From Thermoplasmata archaeon (GTDB lineage Archaea > Thermoplasmatota > Thermoplasmata > Lutacidiplasmatales > UBA184): a stretch of 51,820 nucleotides of DNA. The position numbers and the translations under genes are program-made. Location of the stretch: positions 1 to 51,820 of the forward strand of contig DATJZK010000003.1 in the NCBI GenBank assembly GCA_035499145.1, in the 5' to 3' direction. The stretch's first letter is position 1. Each line of letters begins with the position of its first letter. Positions 1-8,747 of the stretch are shown piece by piece. The notes under the pieces are model-generated. The model ran no database searches, was not told the DNA's origin, and worked only from the letters and a program-made list of their open reading frames with translations.

Positions 1-1
1 G

Positions 2-223
2 CGGTCCGGGGAGACGGTGCTGTTCGGTCCGGGCGGAGGCGTCGAGACGACGGCCGGGCCCGACGGGTTCCGCTTCCTGCTCGTTTCGGGGCGTCCGCTC
101 CACGAGCCGGTCGCGTGGCTCGGCCCGATCGTGATGAACACGCGCGATCAGCTCGTCGAGGCGGCCCGCGAGCTCCGCTCGGGAGCGTTCGTCAAGCACC
201 GCCGGCCGATCGTCGAAGGGTAG
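2..223 (+). CDS. pirin family protein, C-terminal fragment (5' end outside window)
   Basis: Frame of ORF 17..223 is open to the window edge. The tail PVAWLGPIVMNTRDQLVEAARELRSGAF resembles the conserved pirin C-terminal motif. TAG at 221-223. Convergent 32-nt overlap with the next gene. Confidence 0.55.
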   Translation, partial: RSGETVLFGPGGGVETTAGPDGFRFLLVSGRPLHEPVAWLGPIVMNTRDQLVEAARELRSGAFVKHRRPIVEG

Positions 224-1262
224 CCGGTCGGCCCGGCGTCCCGAGCAGCTCGTCGAACGCCCGCCGCAGCACGCGGACCGAGCGCCCCAGGTCGGCGTCG
301 GAGAGGACCTCGCGGGCGGTGTGGTCGAGCCGGGAGTCGCCGGGGCCGTACGCGACGCCCGGCACACCCCACGCGGCGACCGCGAGGTTCAGGTCGGACG
401 TCCCGGATTTTCGCCAGATCGTTGGACGGGCCCCCTCCGCCCGGATCGCCGAGAGGAACGCGGACGCCACCGCGTTCGATGGCGGGATCTCGACCGGCTC
501 CGCCCGGGCGATCGGACGGAGCCGGGGCTCCCCCCGTTCGCGCGGCACGGCGGCGAGGAACTGCGCGACCGAGAGCCCCGGCGGGAGCCGGGCGTCGACC
601 GTCACCCGGGCGTCCTCGGTGTCGCCCCCGGGCCCGGTCGACCAGGCGATCACCTTCGCCGACGGCGTGCGGAACCGGGAGTCGGTGGCTCGGGCGTCGA
701 CCCACCGGCGCAGCCCCCCGAGCCACGCCACCGCCCGGTCGGCGGCGGTCGGCTGCGGGGACGAGTAGTGCGACCGTCGGCCGCGGAACTCCGCTTCGAA
801 CCGGCAGACGCCCTTGTAGCCGACGGTCACCCCGTCCCAGCCGCTCGGTTCGCCGGCGATGACCCCCGCGGGTCGGCGACCCCGGAGGAGATGACGAGTC
901 CCGCGGCTGTCGGTCTCCTCCCCGACGGCCGCGACGATCCGGAGCGTCCCGCCGCCGATGCGGTCGGCACCGGCCCGCAGGGCGGCGACCAGCGCCCCTT
1001 TCGCGTCGACGACCCCGCGGCCGTGCGTCCGTCCGTGGGCCCGACGAACCGGCCGCTCCCCTTCCACCGTGTCGATGTGCCCGAGGAACAGGAGCTCCGG
1101 CTCGCCCGACCCGCGGACGGCGACGCCGTTGCCGGCCGCGTCGACCCGGGCGCGATACCCGAGCCGGCGGGCCCACCGGACGAACTCTCGGACCGCAGCC
1201 GCCTCGTGGCCCGACGGTCTGTAGCAGGCCGCGAGGCGCGCGAGGAGCTCGCCGTCATCCAC
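192..1262 (-). CDS. lysK: [LysW]-lysine/ornithine hydrolase (M20 peptidase, LysK/ArgE-like)
   Basis: M20 motifs LFLGHIDTV, GRGVVDAKG and AVGEETDSRG. Last gene of the LysW operon. GTG start at 1262 overlaps the upstream stop by 8 nt. Confidence 0.8.
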   Translation of the reverse strand: MDDGELLARLAACYRPSGHEAAAVREFVRWARRLGYRARVDAAGNGVAVRGSGEPELLFLGHIDTVEGERPVRRAHGRTHGRGVVDAKGALVAALRAGADRIGGGTLRIVAAVGEETDSRGTRHLLRGRRPAGVIAGEPSGWDGVTVGYKGVCRFEAEFRGRRSHYSSPQPTAADRAVAWLGGLRRWVDARATDSRFRTPSAKVIAWSTGPGGDTEDARVTVDARLPPGLSVAQFLAAVPRERGEPRLRPIARAEPVEIPPSNAVASAFLSAIRAEGARPTIWRKSGTSDLNLAVAAWGVPGVAYGPGDSRLDHTAREVLSDADLGRSVRVLRRAFDELLGTPGRPATLRRSAGGA

Positions 1263-2412
1263 GACCGATCGCCTCCTCGATCGCCTCGAGCCCCGCGGCC
1301 CAGTCGTCGTCCTCGATGACGAGCGGCGGCAGGAGCCGCAGGACGGTCGAGCCGGCGGAGATCGCGAGGAACCCGCGCGACTCGAGCCGGGCCAGGACGG
1401 GCGCGACCCGGTCCTTCAGCTCGACCCCGAGGAGGAGACCCAGCCCGCGGACCTCCCGCACCTTCTCGGGAGGCAGCGCTCGGAGGCGGTCGATCGCCGA
1501 CCGGCCGAGCCGGGCGGCCCGGTCGGGCAGCCGGTCCCGCACGACCCGTTCGAGCGCGGCCGAGCCGGCCGCGCAGGCGAGCGGGTTCCCCCCGAACGTG
1601 GAGTGGTGAGAGCCCTGGAACCGGGATTCGACGTCGGTCGTGGTGACCGTGGCCCCGATCGGGACGCCGCCGGCGAGCGACTTCGCGAGGGTGAGCAGGT
1701 CGGGGACGACCCCGGCGTGCTCGAAGGCGAACAGACGCCCGGTGCGCCCGATCCCCGTCTGGACCTCGTCCCAGGCGAGCAGGGCCCCGACGCGGTCGGC
1801 CGCTGCCCGGGCGCTCCGGAGGTAGTCGGGGGTCCCGACGTGGACGCCGCCCTCCCCCTGCACCGGTTCGAGCAGGACGAGCGCGGTCCGTTCGTCCACC
1901 GCCGCAGCGAGCGCGGCGGGGTCGTTGTACGGCACGTGGACGAACTCGGGGACGAGCGGCTCGAACGGGGCCCGGAACTCCTTCCGCCACGTCGCGCTCA
2001 ACGAGCCGAACGTGCGGCCGTGGAAGCCGCGCATCGCCGCGACGACCTTCGGCCGGCCCGTCGCCGAGCGCGCGATCTTGATCGCCGCCTCGACCGACTC
2101 CGTCCCCGAATTGGAGAGGAACACCCGGGACAGGGTAGGGGGCAGCAGCCCGACCAGCCGCTCCAGGAACGCCGTACGAACGGGGCTGGCGTACCCGCTG
2201 CCCAGGTGGATCAGCTCGGCCGCCTGTCGAGCGATCGCCCGCGCCACGTCCGGGTCGGCGCTTCCGATGTTGCCGACCCCGTGGGAGGCCCCGAGGTCGA
2301 CGTACGATCGCCCGTCGGCGTCCCAGAGGCGGGCGCCGGCGGCGCGCACGATCGTCGTCCGGGGGCGTCCGCCCTCCCGGAACTCGAACCCGGCCGGGCC
2401 CGGCCCGCTCAC
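1255..2412 (-). CDS. lysJ: class III aminotransferase (LysJ/ArgD-type)
   Basis: SNSGTESVEAAIKIAR, DEVQTGIGRTG and the PLP-lysine context LAKSLAGGVPIGA. The GTG start forms a GTGA overlap with the lysZ stop (2409-2412). Confidence 0.85.
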   Translation of the reverse strand: MSGPGPAGFEFREGGRPRTTIVRAAGARLWDADGRSYVDLGASHGVGNIGSADPDVARAIARQAAELIHLGSGYASPVRTAFLERLVGLLPPTLSRVFLSNSGTESVEAAIKIARSATGRPKVVAAMRGFHGRTFGSLSATWRKEFRAPFEPLVPEFVHVPYNDPAALAAAVDERTALVLLEPVQGEGGVHVGTPDYLRSARAAADRVGALLAWDEVQTGIGRTGRLFAFEHAGVVPDLLTLAKSLAGGVPIGATVTTTDVESRFQGSHHSTFGGNPLACAAGSAALERVVRDRLPDRAARLGRSAIDRLRALPPEKVREVRGLGLLLGVELKDRVAPVLARLESRGFLAISAGSTVLRLLPPLVIEDDDWAAGLEAIEEAIGRG

Positions 2413-3203
2413 CCGACCACCGTGCCCCCGCCCGCGAGCGCGCTCGCGACCGGTCGCTCGACCCCGGACGGGGCGATCACCGCCCGTCCGACCCCGGCGG
2501 CGACGGCCTCTCCGGCCGCGATCAGCTTCTTCCGCATCCGCCCGGCCGCGAGCGGGAGGAACCGCTCCAGGTCGGCCGCGGGGATCCGCGGGACGACGGA
2601 GCGAGGGTCATCGGGCCGCTCCAGCAGCCCGGGGACGTTCGTCAGCAGGACCAGCGCCTCGGCCGAGAGCGCGGAGGCGACCGCCGCGGCCGCACGGTCG
2701 GCGTCGACGTTGACGACCTCGCCCTCGGCGGTGATCGCCGGGGGACCGATCACCGGCACCACGCCCGCGCTCCGGAGCGACCCGAGGAGCCCGGCGTCAA
2801 CGGACTCGATCGACCCGGCGAGGTCGTCGGTGACCCGGACGACGCGGCCGTCGATCACGGCGCGGGAGCCGGTCTTTCGGCGGGCCCGAAGGAGCCCGCC
2901 GTCCACGCCCGAGAGCCCCACCGCGCGGACCCCGCGTCGCTGAAGTCCCGCGACGAGGTCGGTCTGCACGCCGCCGGCGATCGCGAGCACGACCACCTCG
3001 AGGTGGCGCGCATCGGTCCGCCGGGAGACGACCCCGCTCGGCGAGGTGAAGTACTCCGCCGGGCGACCGAGCGCTGCGCCGAGGCGGTCGACCTCGGCGG
3101 AACCGCCGTGGACGAGCACGTACTCGGGGTGGCCCGGGAACTCGTCGAGGACCGGATCGACCCGGTTGCCGACGGCCCCGCCGACCTTCACGACGATCGT
3201 CAT
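2409..3203 (-). CDS. lysZ: [LysW]-aminoadipate/glutamate kinase (amino acid kinase family, LysZ/ArgB-like)
   Basis: N-terminus MTIVVKVGGAVG, LVHGGS, and an amino-acid-kinase fold pattern. Operon context. Confidence 0.85.
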   Translation of the reverse strand: MTIVVKVGGAVGNRVDPVLDEFPGHPEYVLVHGGSAEVDRLGAALGRPAEYFTSPSGVVSRRTDARHLEVVVLAIAGGVQTDLVAGLQRRGVRAVGLSGVDGGLLRARRKTGSRAVIDGRVVRVTDDLAGSIESVDAGLLGSLRSAGVVPVIGPPAITAEGEVVNVDADRAAAAVASALSAEALVLLTNVPGLLERPDDPRSVVPRIPAADLERFLPLAAGRMRKKLIAAGEAVAAGVGRAVIAPSGVERPVASALAGGGTVVG

Positions 3204-3212
3204 CGTCCCGGC

Positions 3213-4238
3213 TCAGATCGGGTGGAGGCCGGCGAAGCCGAGGCCGGTCGTCTCCGGGAGTCCGGCGCGGATGTTGAAGCACTGGACCGCGTTCCCCGCC
3301 GCACCCTTCCCCAGGTTGTCGATCGCGGCGAGGAGGACGACCCGCCCGGCGTGCCGGTCGACCGCGAACCCGACATCGCAGTAGTTGGTCCCCGCGAGGA
3401 TCTTGGGTTCGGGTTCCCGGAAGATCCCGTCCGATTCGTGGACGATCCGGACGAACGGCTCGCCCCCGTACGCGGCGCGGTACGCGCCCCACAGCTCCTT
3501 CTCCTCGAACGGGCGGTCGGTCGACACGTGGACGGTCGAAAGCACCCCGCGGACCGCCTCGACCGAGTGGCACGACAGCGCGATGCGGGCGCCGGTCTCC
3601 TGCTCGATCTCGGCGGTGTGGCGGTGGCCGGCCGGCGCGTACGCCCGCATCACCCCCGAGCGCTCGGCGTGTTGACCGGCGGGGCCCGCGTCGCGTCCGC
3701 TGGCGGACGAGCCGCTCTTCGCGTCGACGACGACCCGCTGCCGGTCGACCCCCGCCAGCCCGACGATCGGCCGCAGCGCGAGGATCGAGGCCGTCGCGAT
3801 GCAGCCGGGGACCGCGATCAGCCGCGCCGATCGGAGCTGTTCGCGGTGGAGCTCGGGAAGGCCGTAGACGCTGTCGCGGAGCAGCTCCGGGTACGAGTGC
3901 TCCCGCCCGTAGTACTCCGGGTACGCCGCGGGGTCGTGGAGTCGAAAGTCGGCGGAGAGGTCGATCACCGTACCGCCGTGCTCGAGGAGCGACTCCATCC
4001 CGTCCATCGACTCGCCGTGGGGGGTCGCGACGAACGTGACGTCGGCCGGGCGGAGCGACGCCCGCGGCTCGAACCTCAGCTCGGTCCGCTTCCGCAGGTT
4101 CGGGTGCGCCCGCGCGACGGCCTTGCCCGGCATCGAGTCGCTCGTTACCTGCGCGACGGTCGCCCCCGGGTGGTCGAGGAGGAGGCGGAGGAGCTCGCCG
4201 CCGACGTATCCCGAGCCGCCGACGACCGCGACGTTCAT
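3213..4238 (-). CDS. lysY: [LysW]-aminoadipyl/glutamyl-phosphate reductase (LysY/ArgC-like)
   Basis: N-terminal NAD-binding VAVVGGSGYVGGELLRLL and the active-site Cys context AVPGCIATASILALRP. ATGA overlap with the lysX stop (4235-4238). Confidence 0.85.
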   Translation of the reverse strand: MNVAVVGGSGYVGGELLRLLLDHPGATVAQVTSDSMPGKAVARAHPNLRKRTELRFEPRASLRPADVTFVATPHGESMDGMESLLEHGGTVIDLSADFRLHDPAAYPEYYGREHSYPELLRDSVYGLPELHREQLRSARLIAVPGCIATASILALRPIVGLAGVDRQRVVVDAKSGSSASGRDAGPAGQHAERSGVMRAYAPAGHRHTAEIEQETGARIALSCHSVEAVRGVLSTVHVSTDRPFEEKELWGAYRAAYGGEPFVRIVHESDGIFREPEPKILAGTNYCDVGFAVDRHAGRVVLLAAIDNLGKGAAGNAVQCFNIRAGLPETTGLGFAGLHPI

Positions 4239-5086
4239 CGTCGGCCGACCCCGACCGCGTAATCGACGATCGCTCCGGCCACGTCCGCCCCGGTCGCCGC
4301 CTGGAGCGCCTTGAACTCCGGGGTCGGGTTGACCTCGTGGACGACGAGCCCGTCATGCGACTCCATCAGGTCGACCGCGAGGACCCCGCCGCCGACGGCC
4401 CGGGCGGCCCGCAGCGCGAGGTCGGTGAGCTCCGGGGTGAGGGGCGCCGCCTCGGTGGTCGCGCCCCGCGCGGCGTTCGTCCGCCAGTCGGCGGAGCGGC
4501 GGAACATCGCCGCCACGACCGTCTCGCCGACGACGAACGCGCGCAGGTCGCGGTCCGGCTTCGGCACGAACTCCTGGACGTAGAAGACCGAGTGGACGGG
4601 GGACGCGAGCGCCTCCTTGTGCTCGATCAGCTGCTCGGCGGCGCCGCGGTCGTCGACCTTCGCCATCAGCCGGCCCCAGGAGCCGACCGCCGGCTTCAGC
4701 ACGGCCGGGTAGCCGATCTGCTCGATCGCCTTCATCGCCGCCTCGGCGGAGAGCGCGACGACCGTCCGGGGCGTGGGGATCCCGCGCTCGGCGAGCCGCA
4801 GTGACGTGCGGACCTTGTCGCCGGCGAGGTCGATCACGTCCGGATCGTTGACGGTCGGAACCCCGTAGTGGGCAAAGCAGCGCGTCGCGTAGACCGATCG
4901 CGTGTGGCTCACCGACCGGTTCACCACGACGTCCGGCAGCTCCGGCGGGCGCTCGAGGCCGAACGTCACCTCGCCGTCGTCCCACCGCTCAACGGGGACC
5001 CCGCGGGCCTCCGCCGCCGCGAGGAGCGCCTTTTCCTCGGGCCGGACGATGGTGTAGAACAGGCCGAGCCGGAAGCCGTTACTCAC
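4235..5086 (-). CDS. lysX: RimK-type ATP-grasp ligase LysX/ArgX (attaches the amino acid to LysW)
   Basis: ATP-grasp pattern (YPAVLKPAVGSWGRLMAKV, LAVDLMES..GLVVHEVN). I trimmed the track ORF (4235..5221) to the GTG at 5086-5084, which gives VSNGFRLGLFYTIVRPEEK. That start overlaps the lysW TAA by 8 nt. Confidence 0.85.
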   Translation of the reverse strand: MSNGFRLGLFYTIVRPEEKALLAAAEARGVPVERWDDGEVTFGLERPPELPDVVVNRSVSHTRSVYATRCFAHYGVPTVNDPDVIDLAGDKVRTSLRLAERGIPTPRTVVALSAEAAMKAIEQIGYPAVLKPAVGSWGRLMAKVDDRGAAEQLIEHKEALASPVHSVFYVQEFVPKPDRDLRAFVVGETVVAAMFRRSADWRTNAARGATTEAAPLTPELTDLALRAARAVGGGVLAVDLMESHDGLVVHEVNPTPEFKALQAATGADVAGAIVDYAVGVGRR

Positions 5087-5240
5087 CCCAGTCCTCGGCT
5101 TCCTTCGGGGCGGTCTGGACGCTGAACGGCTCGGTCGCTTGGACCTCGAGCTCCGTCCCGCAGTCGGTGCAGGGGAAGACCTCCCCCAGGATCTTGTCGG
5201 CGCTGGCGACGCTCGCGGCACATTCCGGGCACTCCGTCAT
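5079..5240 (-). CDS. lysW: amino-group carrier protein LysW (53 aa)
   Basis: Tail of track ORF 5079..5885: MTECPECAASVASADKILGEVFPCTDCGTELEVQ...KEAEDWGE. It has a zinc-ribbon CxxC...CxxC and the hallmark C-terminal EDWGE. Its ATG at 5240 forms an ATGA overlap with the argH stop. Confidence 0.85.
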   Translation of the reverse strand: MTECPECAASVASADKILGEVFPCTDCGTELEVQATEPFSVQTAPKEAEDWGE

Positions 5241-6673
5241 CGATGTTCCTCGGTTACGAGCTCCTCGGTCTGCTCGACCAGGCGGCCGAGCGAGGAGAGG
5301 GAATCCGACCGGGCCGCGAGGCGGGCCCGGGCGAGGGCGAGCTGGCGGCCGAAGGCGGCGGCCCCCGGTCCCCCGGGAGAGCTGCGCCGGTCGATCGCCA
5401 CGCCGGGGTCGAAGAGGGGGTCGACGTCGTGCGCCGCCCGGGGAAAGCGGGTGCGCAACGCGTCCGCCGAGAGACCGGTCGGCCCGGCGTTCGCCACCTC
5501 CTCGTGCGCCTCGCGGAACGGCACGCCGCGGGCGGCGAGCCACTCGGCGACGTCGGTCGCCGTGAGCTCCGGATCGCGGGCGGCGGCGAGGAGCCGCGCC
5601 CGGTCGAACGACAGGTCGCGCAGGAGGGTGGTGAGGGCCGAGACGGTCGCCCCGACGGTCCCGACGGCGTCGAAGACGCGGGCCTTGTCCTCCTGGAGGT
5701 CCCGGTCGTAGGCGAGCGGGAGGCCCTTCAGGGTCGTGAGCAGGGCGACGAGGTCCCCGATCGGGCCGCCGGCGCGTCCGCGGATCAGTTCGGCGATGTC
5801 CGGGTTCCGCTTCTGGGGCATCTGGCTGCTGCCGGAACCGAGCGCGGCGGTCCGCTCGAGGAAGCCGAACTCCTTCGACGCCCAAAGGACGACCTCCTCG
5901 CCGACGCCGCTCGCGTGGACCGCGAGCAGCGCGAGGTCGAACAGCAGCTCCGCGAACGGGTCGCGGTCGCTGACCGCGTCGAGCGAGTTCTCGAACGCCC
6001 GGTCGAAGCCGAGCCGGCGCGCGACGTACTCGGGGTCGATCGGCAACGTCGAGCCGGCGAGCGCTCCCGCGCCGAGCGGCGACACGTTGGCCCGGGCGGC
6101 GGTGGCGAGCAGCCGGTCCAGGTCGCGGTCGAACCGCCAGAAGTGGGCGAGGAGCGCGTGACCGACGGTGACCGGCTGGGCGCGTTGGAGATGGGTGTAG
6201 CCGGGCATCGGGGTCGCGGCCTCGGCCTCGCCCCGGGCGAGCAGCACGCCGAGCAGCTGCACGATCAGGTCGCCGAGGCTGCGGACGGCGCTGCGCAGGT
6301 ACAGCCGTTCGTCGAGCGCGACCTGGTCGTTGCGGCTGCGCGCGGTGTGCAGCTTCCCGCCGACGGGGCCGACGAGCTCGGTCAGACGCAGCTCGACGTT
6401 CGTGTGGACGTCCTCGAGCTCGGGCCGCCAGGGGAACGTGCCGGCCGCCGCCTCGCGGCCGATCGAACGCAGTCCGCCCACGAGCGCGCTCGACTCCGCC
6501 GGCGAGAGGATCCCAGCGTGCGCGAGCATCTCGGCGTGGGCCACGCTTCCCGCAAGGTCGTACGGGAGGAGCGCGCGGTCGACCGCGAGCGATCCCAGGA
6601 ACGTCGCCTGGTCCGTTCGCACGTACGACGGGGCGGCCCGAGCCCCCGCGGGGCCGCTGGAGAGGGACGGCAT
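5237..6673 (-). CDS. argH: argininosuccinate lyase
   Basis: C-terminal 478 codons of the chimeric track ORF 5237..8527. Motifs TARSRNDQVALDERLY and GSSQMPQKRNPD. ATG at 6673, 2 nt after the argG TAG. Confidence 0.9.
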   Translation of the reverse strand: MPSLSSGPAGARAAPSYVRTDQATFLGSLAVDRALLPYDLAGSVAHAEMLAHAGILSPAESSALVGGLRSIGREAAAGTFPWRPELEDVHTNVELRLTELVGPVGGKLHTARSRNDQVALDERLYLRSAVRSLGDLIVQLLGVLLARGEAEAATPMPGYTHLQRAQPVTVGHALLAHFWRFDRDLDRLLATAARANVSPLGAGALAGSTLPIDPEYVARRLGFDRAFENSLDAVSDRDPFAELLFDLALLAVHASGVGEEVVLWASKEFGFLERTAALGSGSSQMPQKRNPDIAELIRGRAGGPIGDLVALLTTLKGLPLAYDRDLQEDKARVFDAVGTVGATVSALTTLLRDLSFDRARLLAAARDPELTATDVAEWLAARGVPFREAHEEVANAGPTGLSADALRTRFPRAAHDVDPLFDPGVAIDRRSSPGGPGAAAFGRQLALARARLAARSDSLSSLGRLVEQTEELVTEEHR

Positions 6674-6675
6674 CG

Positions 6676-7911
6676 CTACGGGTGGGCGCGCGGGGTGCGC
6701 ACCGTGGGAGGATCGGCGGGGGGCTCGAGCGCCGCCCAGGTCCGGGTGGGGAGTCCCCAGACGTAGATGAACCCCTCCGCCATCTCCTGGCGGAACCGGT
6801 CGCCAGCGGAGTACGTCGCCAGCGTGTGCTGGTAGAGCGAGTGGGGCGAACGGCGGCCCGCGACCTGGGCCGACCCTTTGAACAGCTTCACGGCGACCTC
6901 GCCGGAGACACGCTCCTGCGTCGACGCGACGAACGCGTCGAGCGCGGCCCTTAGCGGCCCGAACCAGAGGCCGTCGTAGACGAGCTGGCCGTACCGGGCC
7001 TCGAGGCCCCGCTTCGTATCGAGGAGGTCCCGCGGAAGGACCATCGCCTCCAGCGCCTGGTGGGCCCGGATCAGCACCGTTGCCGCGGGGCACTCGTACA
7101 CCTCCCGCGACTTGATCCCGACGATGCGGGATTCCAGGTGATCGATCCGCCCGACGCCGTGGTCGCCGGCGAGACGGTTCAGCCGTGCGATCAGCTCGTG
7201 GAACGGGAGCCGGTGGCCGTCCATCGCCACGGGGCGCCCCTGCTCGAACGCGAGCTGGACGTACGCGGCCGCGTCGGGGGCGTCCGCCGGGGCGCGGGTC
7301 CAGCCGTAGACCTCCTCCGGCGGCTCGACGGCGGGGTCCTCCAGGATCCCGCACTCGACCGACCGGCCCCAGAGGTTCTCGTCCGTGCTGTACGGCGACC
7401 GCTTCGTCGCCTCGACGGGGATCCCGTGGGCCCGGGCGTACGCGACCTCGTCCTCGCGCGTCATCTTCCACTCGCGCGCGGGGGCGATCACGCCTAGCTC
7501 CGGTGCGAGGCCGGTGGTGGAGAGGTCGAATCGGACCTGGTCGTTCCCCTTGCCGGTGCAGCCGTGCGCGACGAACTTCGCCCCTTCCTTCCGGGCGATC
7601 TCGACCATGTGCCGCGCGATCAGCGGCCGGGCCAGCGAGGTGCTGAGGGGGTAGACCCCCTCGTAGAGTGCGTTCGCGCGCAGCGCGGGGAGGACGAACT
7701 CGTCCGCGAACTCGGCCCGGGCGTCGGCGACGTACGCCCGGACCGCGCCGGACGCTTCCGCCTTCTGCCGGACCGTCTCGAGGTCGACCGGCTGTCCGAC
7801 ATCGACCGTCACCGCGATAACGTCGAGCTCCTTGTGCTCCCGCAGCCACGGGATCGCGACGGAGGTGTCGAGCCCCCCGGAGTACGCCAACACCACCTTG
7901 TCGCGCACCAT
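6676..7911 (-). CDS. argG: argininosuccinate synthase
   Basis: MVRDKVVLAYSGGLDTSV N-terminus and argininosuccinate-synthase-like sequence throughout. Trimmed from 8010 to the ATG at 7911 because the 33-codon extension runs into the promoter island. Confidence 0.9.
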   Translation of the reverse strand: MVRDKVVLAYSGGLDTSVAIPWLREHKELDVIAVTVDVGQPVDLETVRQKAEASGAVRAYVADARAEFADEFVLPALRANALYEGVYPLSTSLARPLIARHMVEIARKEGAKFVAHGCTGKGNDQVRFDLSTTGLAPELGVIAPAREWKMTREDEVAYARAHGIPVEATKRSPYSTDENLWGRSVECGILEDPAVEPPEEVYGWTRAPADAPDAAAYVQLAFEQGRPVAMDGHRLPFHELIARLNRLAGDHGVGRIDHLESRIVGIKSREVYECPAATVLIRAHQALEAMVLPRDLLDTKRGLEARYGQLVYDGLWFGPLRAALDAFVASTQERVSGEVAVKLFKGSAQVAGRRSPHSLYQHTLATYSAGDRFRQEMAEGFIYVWGLPTRTWAALEPPADPPTVRTPRAHP

Positions 7912-7946
7912 CGGGGTCGGGGGTAGCACGAGCCACGGCCCGGTCG

Positions 7947-7956
7947 AATTTATAGG
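7947..7956. promoter_or_regulatory. shared bidirectional TATA-like element (aatttatagg) between argG operon and ACT-domain gene
   Basis: The only AT-rich island in the 97-nt divergent intergenic region. It reads TTTATA on the plus strand and TATAAA on the minus strand. It lies about 40 nt from the argG ATG (7911) and 25-55 nt from the candidate starts of the plus-strand gene. Confidence 0.45.
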
Positions 7957-8008
7957 ATGTGGCCGCATGGCGACATGATTGGGCAGTTTTGTCCAAAACA
8001 CGACAATC

Positions 8009-8659
8009 ATGCCGGACGAGGGAAAATCCGTGGCCCGGCGGGTACGGACCTACCTGGACGCGCATCCCGTCCTCGCGGATGCGATTCGCGGGGGGATCGC
8101 GAACTACTCCGCGGTTGCGCGGCAGGTCGCGCACGACCTCGACGTCCGGGGCCTCGACGCGGTCGTCGCCGCGTGCCGACGCTATCCTCGGGGCCGGGCG
8201 GAATCCGTGCGGGAGTCCGGCGTCCGCCGCGTCCTGAAGAAGAGCCGGATCGAGACCCGCACGAAGGTTGCGGCGATCACGGTCGCGCAGGGGGCGGATG
8301 TCCTGCAACGGCTCGGCGACGTTGTCGAGGAGCTGCTCGACGAGAACTCGCTCTGCCGGGTGATCCAGGTGTCGCGCGGAACCGTCGTCCTCGTCGACGA
8401 GGATTCGGTGCCGCGGGTCCTCCGGCAGCTCCGCGAGGGACAGGTCGTGCGGGTGCGCCGGGGGCTGGTGGAGGTCGCCGTGACCAGTCCGGAGAGCATC
8501 GAGGAGACCCCCGGGCTCCTTCGCCACCTGACGGGGGTGCTCAGCGCGCAGGGGATCAACATCGTGGAAGCGCTCTCGTGCTACACGGACACGATCTTCC
8601 TGCTCGACGCGAGCGGCCTCAACTCGGCGCTCGCCGTCCTCACGACCACCCTCGCCTGA
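8009..8659 (+). CDS. ACT-domain protein, predicted amino-acid-responsive regulator (COG2150-like)
   Basis: The C-terminus (VEVAVTSPESIEETPGLLRHLTGVLSAQGINIVEALSCYTDTIFLLD) looks like an ACT fold and the N-terminus is helical and HTH-like. The track start at 7979 is a TTG, and I prefer the in-frame ATG at 8009. Divergent from argG. Confidence 0.5.
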   Translation: MPDEGKSVARRVRTYLDAHPVLADAIRGGIANYSAVARQVAHDLDVRGLDAVVAACRRYPRGRAESVRESGVRRVLKKSRIETRTKVAAITVAQGADVLQRLGDVVEELLDENSLCRVIQVSRGTVVLVDEDSVPRVLRQLREGQVVRVRRGLVEVAVTSPESIEETPGLLRHLTGVLSAQGINIVEALSCYTDTIFLLDASGLNSALAVLTTTLA

Positions 8660-8717
8660 ACGGTCGCCTCCGACCTCGGGCCGCTGCCAGTACTACGATT
8701 TCGAGGAACGACACAAC

Positions 8718-8726
8718 GCTATAACC
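8718..8726 (+). promoter_or_regulatory. TATA-like element (gctataacc) upstream of NiCoT gene
   Basis: AT island 22-30 nt upstream of the ATG at 8748, which implies a leaderless or very short-leader mRNA. Confidence 0.4.
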
Positions 8727-8747
8727 GTCGGGCCGCGTGGGGGGACG

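Noticed and set aside
5237-8527. 1096-aa ORF on the minus strand that looks like a giant protein
   Set aside because: It is a chimera. Only the last 478 codons (argH, from the ATG at 6673) have a recognisable family. The upstream part is an Arg/Pro/Gly-rich shadow frame running over argG, which is encoded in another frame, and over the divergent promoter.
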